Source of the DNA: Kondoa subrosea
Lineage: Eukaryota
Assembly (NCBI GenBank): GCA_039545335.1
Contig: BCIN01000007.1
Span: 1,170,530 to 1,234,529 of the forward strand
Length of the DNA stretch: 64,000 bases
Direction: 5' to 3'
The notes under the pieces are model-generated. The model saw nothing but the letters and a program-made list of their open reading frames with translations. It had not been told where the DNA came from and made no database searches. Below are positions 14,367-26,377 of the stretch, in pieces. The number at the start of each line of letters is the position of its first letter. Positions within the stretch are counted from its first letter, which is position 1. Both the position numbers and the translations under genes were made by a program.

Positions 14367-16227
14367 ATGGAGGATATCGACCCTTTCAAGACAGATGACG
14401 CTGAGGAGAGGCCTAGACATGTACCTGAAGTGTTGAAGGAAGCTCAAGAAGGGCAAGATGCTCCAAAGCTGGTTCCCAGTGGATCAAGTCGAGGTGGTCA
14501 AGACCCAGCAAATCACACACTGCCGCCTGCTCTAGGCGCATCGCAGCCTCCTCTAAGATTACGTGATGACCAGAGCAAGAAGGATAGCATACAAGTGCGA
14601 TCACACTTACGGAAGTTAGGCTTTAGTCTGATCAGCATGTTGGACAGATTATAGACGCCCAGAAGACGAACGAGGGAGCTACGAGTAGCTACATAGCTTA
14701 TATAATACGATCAGAAGTACGCTCATCTGTCCATTGGCTTGTAGTCAAGCTAATCAGATACGTATAGCACGGAGACTGCAAACGTCGCTATTCCGAATTC
14801 GAACAGCTGCGCTCTGTGCTGGGCAAGCTTTACCCAGTCTTGATAATTCCTCCTATTCCGCCACATCATTCAATCAGCGACTATGCAGTCAAGCAATCTA
14901 AAGCCAAAGAAGATGCTTCAGTTATCGCTCGCAGGCGACGCATGCTTGCCCTCTTCCTCAACCGACTCGCTCGTCATCCTATTCTTGGCTATGATCGAGT
15001 TTTTCAACGTTTCCTCTCACCTCATGTCACTTGGCCTGAAATTCTGCATTCCGAACCTGTCAATCAATTACCAAAGAATATCTTACGAGCACCAGCTAGA
15101 GATCCAACTGATCCAGAAAGCATTGCCTTATACTCGAACCTACCTATCCCTTCTTCCGCCGCCATGCTACAAGAACCAGATCAACGTTTCCTTGATTCGG
15201 AAGCATTCACCGCTAAATTTTCAAACCATCTTTCCGCTTCCTTAGAACGTATTAATAGGAGATTGATGAAACGGTGGATGGATTTAGGGTCAGACGAAGC
15301 GGATTTAGGTGGTTTATTGAATGGATTCGGTTTGCTAGAAGGCAATACGCATCCTGATTTGGCTGGAGCGATAGAGAAGACTGGTCAAGCTATTGATTCT
15401 ACTTATCTACATACCAGCGTCATGCTGCAAGATTGGGAAAGACAATTCACCGAACCACTTTCTGAATATAGCCAATTCAGCGATATCATCAAGAACTTGC
15501 TCAAGTATAGGAAGAATAAACATATACAGTATGAGATGACCAGAGATGGTTAGTTGAGTATGATATGTAGGCACATAGAGCTTACATTGATATCCAATTC
15601 ACAGTCCTTGATGGCAAGCGAGCACAATTGGACGAACTAGAACGATCAGAAACAGAAGCTCGACGACTTGATACAGCACTCGATCGAGCTCTAAACAGAG
15701 TGAAACCGATTGACAGCGATGGCGAAATCTCTTCAACAGAAACACCTCCTCCTTCTCAACCTGAACCTCCTTCAGATCTTTCAGCTTCAACCCGCTCTTC
15801 AACTTCTTCAGCACCGATGACCAAATCATCTTCTTTAGGCTTCTTAGGTGCCTTATCACATTCTTTCCAATCCGTAATCGATGTCGACCCCGAATCTTCT
15901 CGGCGAAGTAACATCACCAAAACAAGGGAACTCATTTCTCAGCTTGAACAGGGTGTCAAAGCGACGCAAACGGATCTGAGGTATGCAAGTCAAACCATTC
16001 AAGCGGATTTGGACCGGTTTCAAAGGCAGAAAGTAACGGATCTGAGGGAGATGACTTTAGGTCTGGCCGGATTCCATCTCGAATGGTGTAAGAAGGTTTG
16101 TTTCTATCATACATTAGAATGGATGTGATACTAAAGTTTGAGACAGAATCTCGAGCAATGGGAAGCAGCTAAGAGAGATATCGAGCGAATCGAAGTAGGA
16201 GAAGATGATATGGATTCGGGCATATGA
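14367..16227 (+). CDS. PX-BAR sorting nexin (Snx41/Atg20-like)
   Basis: PX motifs KRRYSEF, LYPVLIIPPIP and RRRRMLALFLNRLARHP. BAR end IQADLDRFQRQKVTDLREM. Confidence 0.9.
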
Positions 16228-16293
16228 TATGCCTATGATTGTACAAGTATCATGAATAACGACCCTATAATGACATATCAACAATTTATTATA

Positions 16294-17211
16294 TTACGAA
16301 TCTGCTTTCCGTTTTTTCGAAGCACTATCCTTTTGATTTGATTTGGCAGGACTACTGAACATTGCATCCAGAGTCTTCTGCTTGCTATCTGTTTTGACGG
16401 ATTTGATCTTTTGCGATTCACTGAGGAAACGTATAAGCTAGACCTGGAGGGGGCTCCGTTGACTTACTGGACCGGAGGCAGACCTTTGAGCTTCGCTATT
16501 GCATCTTCGAGGAGTTCGATCTCCCGTTCTCGCTGCGCCTTCAGCTTCGGTATAGCCCAACTCTCTGAGTTGATGTTCTTGTGGTTCAGCTTGTATTTAT
16601 GCCCTTTTACTGTAAGCCAATTAGCAAACATCCTCCTGGTATGAGACACGCTCACAGTGTGTCGTATACGTGCTGTTGCAAGACTTGTCAGTCGATCTGG
16701 CCAACTGAATTAACACTTACTTCGCATCTATCTTCTCAACCGATTGGTGAGCAACTGGAAGACTGTGAGCATACCTCGAGATATCAGACAGAATGAATGC
16801 TGACCTATCAACCACTCGTACTTGGTCCCAACAGGCGCTCCGCTTCCGTTTGGTGCTTTATGATTGCGATTCTTATTGACGTTGTAATCAATCTTCCAGA
16901 GATCAGGTTCAACTTTCGTTTCTTTCCAAACACCGGGCTCATAATCCCAAGTATGTGATCCACCAATAGCCATTCCTACTTTGATATTTCAATCAGGGTG
17001 ATTCTTCAAGCTTTGAGCACAGACCAGTATAATATTGTCCGTTGAAGGTCTTCATATCTGAGAACTGGCCTCCATAAGCTTTGGTCTGACCAGGAGTATC
17101 CTGTTCATCGTCCAACATCGCTTCATCTATATCTGGATCATCTGGTATATCCTTGCTTTCTTGCTGATCGGACTTGTCCTCCAGCTTCTGCTTCTTGTTA
17201 GGTGTCTCCAT
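16294..17211 (-). CDS. Uncharacterised protein with a prokaryote-like core, NLS-like motifs and a PIP-box-like motif (6 exons)
   Basis: Spliced product: METPNKKQKL...MKTFNGQYYTGMAIGGSHTWDYEPGVWKETKVEPDLWKIDYNVNKNRNHKAPNGSGAPVGTKYEWLIVAHQSVEKIDANTYTTHLKGHKYKLNHK...KQKTLDAMF...SKKRKADS*. All five introns are GT-AG and keep the frame. Confidence 0.85.
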
Positions 17212-17753
17212 TGCACAGGTGAAAGCGTTGAACGCAATGGTTGTTGGCAAATCAAAGGAAAAGGGAAAATCCGGGGAAATGATGCATTTTCGAGGGTCAA
17301 GTATAATGGCTCTAAGACCGGTACGGTCAGACCGAGACGTGGCTACGAGTTGCTGGACTGATAATGTACAATTTCGACCCTTTGCAATCCAATCTCAACG
17401 GCATTTTGCAAGTTTCCAAACAACTGATAGCTTGTGCTAGAAACTGTTTAAACACTAGCAATTGATGTCGCTGCGGCTCAGGTTCGTTGACTTCAGCGAG
17501 CGCCACTGAATCAAACAGACACAAGCACTAGCACGAAGTTTGACGAGAAACATTCGCCTTGACTGGTTTCAAGCCGAGCGAATTCCTTCCGCGTGAAGGA
17601 CTAATTGACTAGCGGTCGTATTGGCCTTGAACACTAGTGAATTAAGCAGATGAAAGATTGGTCATCGACAACTTTGGCTGGGGCCTTGATCAACAAATTC
17701 CGACATAAAAAAGGAAGATCTAAACTTACATTGCCTGTCAGAACTCTCGGTTA

Positions 17754-18669
17754 TCACTGATTGATCTCCACAGCATAATCATCGGTATAGCCATCCTCAG
17801 GTGTATCTTCGTCTGTATCGTAGTGTCGAAGCTCGTCCATTTCTATAGCAGTGACATGAAGTGCTTCCCAGCAGCCTGTGCCTTTCTTATGCATAACAGA
17901 CCATTGTAGACTAATTTGGCCGTCAGGGTAGTCGATCCATTGATCCTGTATACTATACATGAGTCACCAAGCAGCGTTTAGATGAGGATAACTGACCTTT
18001 GGAATCTCCTTGTAAAGGCTAGGTCCTTTAGCTCTCTTAGACCTCGTTTCACCTTCAATGGGCTCGACAAAGAGCGATAAGAATAGCTTCGCCTTAGCTG
18101 TTAATTTCTTTCGCCTTCCCGTGGGTGTATATCGACATGATCTGATAAACATCTAATCCGCCGGTTCGTTATTCGTATGATCTCCCATAGTATTCCAACC
18201 AGGCTCATCTTCCGATCTCCAGTGCACGAGGAATTGACATAGATCTGCAAGGGATTGCGTTCCGCCTGGTATTGATCTCAATTCTCGAAAGTCTGTAATC
18301 TTGTCGGCAGCCCATTCTTGCAGAGTCGTTGGCACTTCTGCACAGTGAGATTGTGATCAGCTTGTGGTATGAGTTGAATGCCCTCATAAACTTACGCGTT
18401 GAAGTCAAGAACATGGGTGTAATGAGATTGCCTTCTTCCCAGTTTCCTTTGGCAACGCTGGCGGTCAGCTCTGATGCTTTCGAAGGATAGTCTAGAGGCG
18501 GTTTGAATTCTTGAGTCAAGTACTGAGCCATTGTAGCATCGTAAAGAGCATGATGTACGAAACCAGGTGCTGGTAATTCCTCTGATTTTGGTTCATGCTT
18601 TGTCTCGCGTTTGACAGGTCTCTCGTAGACTTCAGTCTTCACGCGTCTCTCTGTAGCAGCTTTAGGCAT
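17754..18669 (-). CDS. Hypothetical protein, possibly interrupted by an in-frame TAG at 18153-18155
   Basis: ATG 18669. Introns with gtaagt and gtcagt donors join the ORFs. ORFs 18153-18335 and 17964-18152 are in one frame, separated by a single stop. Confidence 0.5.
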
Positions 18670-18871
18670 CTCAAATGCGATCTGTGTGGTTTCAAATTAA
18701 GAAGTCTTTCTGAATTCAATGATGAAAATGGTCAATCACGATGCAATGAAAGCAGACGAATATTAATCACAATGTACGAGGCTCTTGATAGAAGACGACA
18801 AATCGTGCATGCAATGACTTTTGTGCAAGATACAGATACAACACATTCTACTCTTAGCCCAAAAACGTGAT

Positions 18872-21800
18872 CTATACTTCTACTGGTGTATGCTCGCCAG
18901 CCCCTTCGTACCAATCCAGCCCCTTGTTCGTTTGTTTTACCCAGCTGCGAGATAGTGAAGAGAGATAAGCAAATGCAGAGCTCAAAGGAAAATCGACATA
19001 CCCTGCGCGAATTGAGTAATCTCCGAAAGGTTCTCCTTCCAGCCTGTTCTTAGCCCAAGACTTGATCATGGGTGTAACAATTTGGACAATTTCCTCTTCG
19101 GACACCGCTTCTTTATAGATCTTGTTAAGTCTGTCTCCTTTGTAGCCACCGCCTAAAAGCATGAGATACGAGTCTGTATAGGCAATCATTAGCACAGTAC
19201 AACAACAGCAAATGTGAAAGCGCACCGGGTGCTTTGCCTACGAAGCCGATTTCCGCAGCGTAAGGGCGAGCACATCCATTTGGACAGCCTAAGAAAAGTA
19301 ACATAAATAAAGTTAACAGCCATTTGATGAGACAGATTGCAGCAAGGCTTACCCGTCACTCTCATGACAATGGAGTCATGCCTCAAGCCTTCGGTTTCCA
19401 TGATTTTTTCCACTCGATCAATCAATCCAGGTAAGAAACGTTCCGATTCGGCCATAGCTAGACCACAAGTCGGAAAAGCGACGCACTTTTGGGGGTTCAG
19501 TCAGAACAGTAAGTAGCTATGAGTTTCTGGACTGACAGCGCTCGATGATAGACGAAGACCAGAGAAATCAAACTTGTCTAGCTTGTGTTCTTTCATGAGT
19601 CTTTCGATCTCCGGCTTATCTTCTGTTGCGACGTCCGAGATGATCAAGTGCTGGTTGCCTGTCAACCGGAAGACACCCTTGTGGATCTGTGCAATCTTTT
19701 CGAGACCTGTCTTTTGAGGCTTTCCTGGTGCGTCTTCAACCCTTCCGTTTTCGATGAAGCTATGCAAGGACCTTTGTCAGCAAAAACGATATGATACAGC
19801 GTGGAAACGTACACAGTGCAATGATGACGGCCATCAGAGCCAGTTGTCCAGCCAAACTCATCGATATTCGAATCAAACTTGTATTCTCTCGCTGGTTGGA
19901 GTTTGTAACCAAGCCTGGACTCCATGTCCGCGACGAAGTTGTCGAGACCCATGCGATCGATCGTGTACTATGTCCCCACGACTTAACGAGAAACAATATA
20001 CCAAACGCAAGCAGAACTTACCTTGAGACGGGCGTTCTTTCGGTTTGCTCGGTTTCCGTTATCTCTTTGGACAAGCATAATCTTCTCTGCTACGTCGACA
20101 CCTTGTTCAGGTGTGCAGAAGCCGATAACATCACCAAGACGAGGATAGGTTGTTTTCATAGCATGAGTGACTATTAGCATATCAGCATCTTGTGAATTTA
20201 ATCGAGGCTAGGATGCTCACCACCCATACCACCTCCAATGCTGACGTTGAAGCCTTGAAGGTTGCCAGTCGAAGGATCAACAATAGCAATGAAACCAACA
20301 TCGCTGCAGAATACCAGAATTTAGTAAACACCCTGACCCGCAAGATACACAATGACTTACTTGCAGAAGACGTCCACATCATTATGCGGTGGTACAGCAA
20401 CAGCGATCTTGAACTTTCGAGGCAAGTAGTACTGGCCATAAAGAGGTTCAGAGAAAGCCTTGAGCGCATCTCCAGCGACAAGCTTCTGGTCGAGCCAGAT
20501 CTCAGAGTAAGCAGTTGTTTGAGGCATGAGGTGCTCGGAGATATGAGTTGCAAAGTCGTGCACTTGCTTGTGAAGAGGGCCGATGCTTGGATTGGCTCCG
20601 CACATGACGTTTCTGTTCACATCACCGCAAGCAGCGACGGTATCGAGAGTAGCTCTGTTGATCTCCTGGATAGCAGGCTTGAGATTCGACTTGATGATTC
20701 CGTGAAATTGGAAAGTTTGACGAGTAGTGAGCTTAAAAGTATGGTTACCGCGTCGGTCAGAAATCTCATTGATGGCGAGCCACTGCTTCGGCTGGCAGAC
20801 ACCAGCTGGCATACGGACTCGGACCATGAAAGAGTAAGCTGGTTCAAGACCTTGTTCTTTGCGCTGTTCTCGAATATCTCGGTCGTCTTGCTGGTAGATA
20901 CCTGTACCATGATAAAGACAAGGCATTAGATCATACTAATGACCGCGCTCTAATCACATACCATGAAACTTGGTCAATTGTCCATCTGATTCAGCCAAAG
21001 CGCCAGTAGAAGTGTCCTTCAACCCTTCAGCAATAGTACCACGCAAGTAATTGGAAGCGATCTTGATATGTTCATTGGTAACTGGTTCTGGTTCAGCTTC
21101 AATGATTTTGACATCGTCAACACCGAACGACTTCCAAACAGCTTGCTCCCAAATCTTGTAACCGGTTTGGTAACCATCTGCATCTTGATCATCTCCCAGA
21201 CCAAGATCGGTAAATCGCTGAGCACCAAGAGTAGCAAGTTTGGCATCCAGATCTTTGCTAGATTTGTTGTAGTAGTGCGCATCTTCAGGTCTTGGCCAGT
21301 AGTGCGAGTCACCCATACCGAAGACAGAGAATTTGACTTGATCCAAGTTCTTGCCTTCACCTCCTGATGGTCCTAAAGCAGTGTTGGCGGCCTGCAAAGC
21401 TTTCCAGAAGGTTCGACCATTGTTTGGGAATTCTCCTTGCCCAGCAGTGGAAGTGAACAGGGCGACATTAGGTTCAATGGAAAGATCTTCGAAGGAGAAT
21501 TCATCCATGACCACGATACGAGCCCCAAGACCGCGAGCGCGAGCTCTTGCGGTGAATCGTTTGGCAACCTTTTCGGCATTTCCACCATCAGAAGCATAGA
21601 GAACAAGAAGAGAAGGTCCATCAATAGCACCTGAGAGCTTCTCGAAGGCAGCGCGAGCTTTCTGGTCAACTGCATCTTGAATCTTCTTGCCGAATGATCC
21701 AACAATGCTGTCAGCCAAATTTGGTTCATTCAAAGAAAGCTGGGTGAGGATATTCTGTCGATCCAAGAAAGCCCGAAGATCAGTCTTGATCCGTTCGCTA

Positions 21801-23800
21801 TCGAGTTGGAAAGCATCTTCATCATCTGTAGCTTGCCACCCTCTTCCGCCGACCATTGGTGCACCATCACCACCTTCAATAGGAGCACGCTTGACTTCTT
21901 TGTGAGGGTTCCAGCGATACAAAGGCCAGAAACCGGAATCGATAGCCAATTTAGTTTCCTTGAGTACTTCCAAAGCTTTTGATGCATCATTGTCACCCTT
22001 TGGCAAGTAAGCAAGAATGATAGAAGGTCCATCAAATTTGTCGGCTTCGACAAAAGCGCGGACAGTCTGACTGTAGTCGCCATAAACAGCGACTGAAGCA
22101 ACATAGGCGTTTCCATAATTCATAGCATAAAGACCAACATCTTTCTTGGCCCTTCTTTCTGCATCTTGTACTGATTCTGGTCCATCGTAGGGCTGAGAAT
22201 CGATGATAAGAAGATTGACATTGGCGTTGCTTGACAAAGCGTGATGGACACCTGATGTGCCGAGATCGTAAGACCAAGCATCAGATCCGATGATCCATTG
22301 AGATGACTTGTTGAATGCTGAAGCCTGTGACTTGAGCTGAGAAAGAGCTGGACTTTCATCCAGAAGAGGTGTAATCTTGGACGCCAATGATGCATCACTT
22401 GGGTTTGCTAGCCAATCGGCAAGAAGCTTCTTAAGCTCTGAGGACACTTCTGAGCTAGGGTTAGAAAGCAGAGATCGAACAGTGCTGGTCAATTCAGTTT
22501 TTGATGACTGTGCAGCCAAAACTTTGCCAAGGGCATAGTCTGGAAGAGTGGAAGGAATGCTTGTTGAAGCTTGAGCATCCAGATCAGAATCCGCCTTGTT
22601 CACTAGTTCGAAACGAGGACCAAACGTGTTTTCAAGAATCTTGGTATATGCGGTTTCGTGCTTTGGCACTTTGAGTTCGGTGGAATAAGCAGGAGTTGGT
22701 ACTATAGCACCGACAGCGACCGCACATGATGCAACAGCTGATTCGGAAAGTGCGTCCAAGAAGTCAGTAATAGCGTTTTTGGCATTGACTGTGCCGATTT
22801 TGCCCAAAGATCTGGAAATGATTTTCGGGATTTCTGCTCGATCTTCAACATCGTTGAAGGTGGAGAGGACGTCGAGGAAAAGAGGACCACCAATCTTGGT
22901 CGTGCGAGTGTAGGCTTGCTCAAGAACAAGTATCGATTTAACAGATTCTGGTACAAGAGAGAGAAGTCTTGGTGAGGAAAGAGGCGAAACAAGAGATAGA
23001 GAGAGAAGGGCTGCTTCAGCTGGTAGTTTGTTGGCTAGTGCTTCGATAGATGAGGATCCACCAAGAGCAATGACCATTTTGGTGGGAGAAGATGATCCAT
23101 AACGTTTGACAGCTTCACCGCCTCCGATTGATCTCGGTATCGAAGAGTAACTTGAGCCGACTAAAGCCTCAACAGTTGCTGCCGTGTAATCAACCGATTC
23201 CTCTGCCTCCTTGCTGATTCCATTGGAATGACCATTCACACCATTTGAAGCTTTTACATCAGCGTTGATGAATTTCTTTGCTGCAGTGACTTGAGTCTTG
23301 TTCAGGAGCTTGACTTCAGCTTTATCTTCCAATTCAAAGAAATGTAAAACAGCTCGACCAGTTTGTCTTGCGATTTTAGTCGCGATAAGTGCGTTTACTT
23401 GAGCTTGTGTGGCGTCGCCAGAATGCAGTAGAGTAATGCCTGGGTAGTTCAATGATGCTGTGACTGGTGTATGATCTGAAGTTGTGGCAATGTGGAGCAC
23501 AACAGAAGATTGAGCCAAGGCAGGAAGATGAGGAATCAAACGAGACACAAAGACAGGGTCGCTAGGCGCAAGTAAGACTGTCGAGCCTGATCCATTATTG
23601 CTCTTAGCCAAACGAAGCAGAAAACGTCCTGGATCAGACGATCGAGCGGGTTGAGTCGATAAGTTGGCCTTGCAATCGGAAGGAATTTCGAATGCAGAGG
23701 GTGTCAAGTGCAGGATATGAGCTGCAGTTAACGTTGCTGCTTGCGCGACAGCTGCTCCAAAGCTGCAGGATGAGCCACTTGCACTCGATGTGAATCCCAT
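18872..23800 (-). CDS. MET5: Sulfite reductase (NADPH) beta/hemoprotein subunit
   Basis: PFOR-like region ([11 protein letters not shown]), flavodoxin ([21 protein letters not shown]), [39 protein letters not shown], and siroheme/Fe-S motifs [11 protein letters not shown] and [10 protein letters not shown]. Confidence 0.96.
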
Positions 23801-24064
23801 TTCGTTTGATTGGTTGACTGATGGTCGGGTAAATCAGCTGAGCTCTGCAATGTAGCACGACATGTGCTTACAGCTTCAATAGATTAGGTGCCTAAACCAG
23901 GGTGTGGCAGGCGAGGGTAGTGAGAAGAGGATCGAAAACAAAATCTTTGTCAAACTCATGGCGTGCTCAGGCAAAGTAAAGAAATCGTTAAATCCGTTTA
24001 TGCAATTAAAGGCGATGAGGCTCTAGTCTACTTACAGCAATGTCCTTGTAACTCTACCTATCCA

Positions 24065-26190
24065 TCAAGCTTTGACCGGAGTCGTTGCGATTGAGGGTTC
24101 TTTCCCTCTCTTGGCTTTTGGTTTGCTCTTCTTGGTTTGCGCTTGAGCCATAAGCCTTTCAAGTTCTCTTCTCTCGCTCAGTTCCTCCTCTGGATCTGGC
24201 TCTACGGATTTCAGAATAGCGCCAATTAGCATAATCGCTTTTGCCCGATTCATGAGTTGTTCTTCTGAGACTGAATGCGTTCCATCCTTCGACAGGGCTC
24301 GGAGGGAATGAGCGGATACATATGCGCATAGAGTCGTTCTGAGCCTACCTAGATCCACGACATTTCGAATGATTCCAGCTGTCCGTCAAAGTAAACATCT
24401 GAAATCGGAAAGCGCGCGTATAACTTACCTAACTCGAAGCGCGTTCCTTTCCAGGAGACAAGCAGCATCTATTGTCCGACATTAGACAAGGTAGAGAAAG
24501 AAGTTGGTCGTCGACTCGCCTTGCCCATCATATCTATGTCGATGCATTTAGTTACGTTCTAGTCCAGCCGATTAGAACAGATCTAACCTTGTTCTAGCTC
24601 CTTCATCTCGTCCTCGGCAGGCATCTCATCCTTCATCTTCTCCATCTCTTGCATCGAACTTTGTGCTACGCCAATCAAGGATACAAACATGAGCGATCAG
24701 GAGATCGCTACGCTGCTCTGGCCAACGTACCATCTAATGTGCTACTCAGGAATGACCATCTGGACTACTCATCAGTACGTCCACATCACAAATACTTATA
24801 ACGAACCCTTCTTTGACTGTGTCTTTCTTATCTTTCAATTTTGCCATGAAACCGGGTATGCCCAGAATATTGCTGAAGGCTCCCTTCTTATGCAGTCGAA
24901 TATATGTACTGGCTTTGGCGAAATAGATGTTACCGATCAAATGACAGAGTTCGATACCGAAAGATTCTAGTTTGAGATCACTAGCTTCCGTTTTGATTCT
25001 TTGTTCGAAAGCTTTCGTTTCTGGGTCTGTCGGCAGACATGCCACAGCATGAGATCAATCTCAAGGTTGTATGATACCCACTGACCAGTAATATCTCCTG
25101 GTCTTGTAGCAGTTTCGAAAGGACGACATCGATCCACTAACTTCTTCGCTAGCACGCGAATTCTTTCTTCCCTTTCTTTATGCCTCTGTTCATCCAAAGC
25201 GGCTAATTGAGCTCTTTGTTCCGGAGTCAACTTATCCTTGTTCTTCTCCTTTTCTTTCTCTTTGACTGCTGTAGTAGGTGAAGCTGGTTTATGGATCTCA
25301 GAACCAGAAGCAGACGTAGGACGTGACTTCTCTGATGTGGACGCAAGAGGCGGAGAGGTAGGTAAGGAGGTAGGTTGAGCTGCAGACATCTTTTCTCCTT
25401 CGTGCGTTATATGAGCTGGTCCTGTTGAAGTAGTCGTAGTTTCGCCTTTTTCTGCTCGAGCAACTTCCGCTTGCAGTTCTTCCTTTTCTTCCGCAGTCAT
25501 AGAAATGTCCATAGCTGTGCGTTCACCGACACAATATGAATATCACGACAGATATTCACTAGGCTGCATACGCACCTTGCTGGAATTGTTTGCCCAATGC
25601 AATCTCACCAACCCAATCTCTGAAACTCTCGCCTCCGAACAGTTGGCTGAACATAGCCCCAGCATCAGCCATATCCATTCCACCTTCAGCCATATCACTC
25701 TTTTTCCCTCGTTTATCGTAAACCGCTCGCATATTCGGGTCAGATAAGACTTGATAAGCTTCTCCTACTCTCTTGAACATGATTTCAGCTTCTGCATTGC
25801 CTTGATTCTTGTCACTATAAAATACGACTTCAGCGTGTTGTAGTACAATTGAGCGAGAATTTGACAGACGGATGATACTTGATAGCGAGTTTTCGATAGG
25901 CCTGAAAGAGCATCATATTAGCCTCACTTTAAGCGCACCTGAGGAGTCCTCGCCTTTTTCAAATCTAGGGAAATTGAAATCAGCACAGGTCGCATTCTAC
26001 TAAATGAGGTATAGCTAGCTCACCAGCGTCCGAAGCGTTTCCTGCCACGCCCAAAAGATCATAATATTCCCACTTTGGAGCGAAACTTGTATTAGTTTAT
26101 CTCCTGCACCATTTCGTTACATTACATTACATCAGTGATCTTCAGGCCATCCACGCTCAAGGTTCTCTCTGGTTCTGTTTCAGCCCCCAT
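24065..26190 (-). CDS. DnaJ/Hsp40 with DnaJ-X domain (Djp1/Caj1-like)
   Basis: EYYDLLGV...DLKKAYRKLAIKYHPDKN, EAYQVLSDP, FSQLFGG.SFRDWVGE, LKLESFGIELCHLIG. Contains two GC-AG introns. Confidence 0.9.
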
Positions 26191-26377
26191 GGTGTCTTTG
26201 GTATAGATCTACGCAGGTATTGCGGTCAAGTTGTTGGCCGCGAGTGGAAAAGCAGATTCGAACTTCGAAGTGTCAACAAAAATCACTAAAGGCGAAGTAT
26301 GCGTGTCGCTCTTGTAACCCGATTCTCTATCGCCCTACTAACCCAAATAGTTCCCTCCTCGGTACGGAGTAAAACGA

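Noticed and set aside
17279..17400. tRNA-like or C/D snoRNA-like sequence (GTATAATGG...TTCGA; ATGATGC...CTGA)
   Set aside because: No valid cloverleaf or T-stem, and the box C match is imperfect.
20192..22398. Long antisense and alternate-frame ORFs over MET5 (for example 245 aa at 20192-20929)
   Set aside because: Shadow ORFs produced by codon bias in a conserved gene; no independent motifs.
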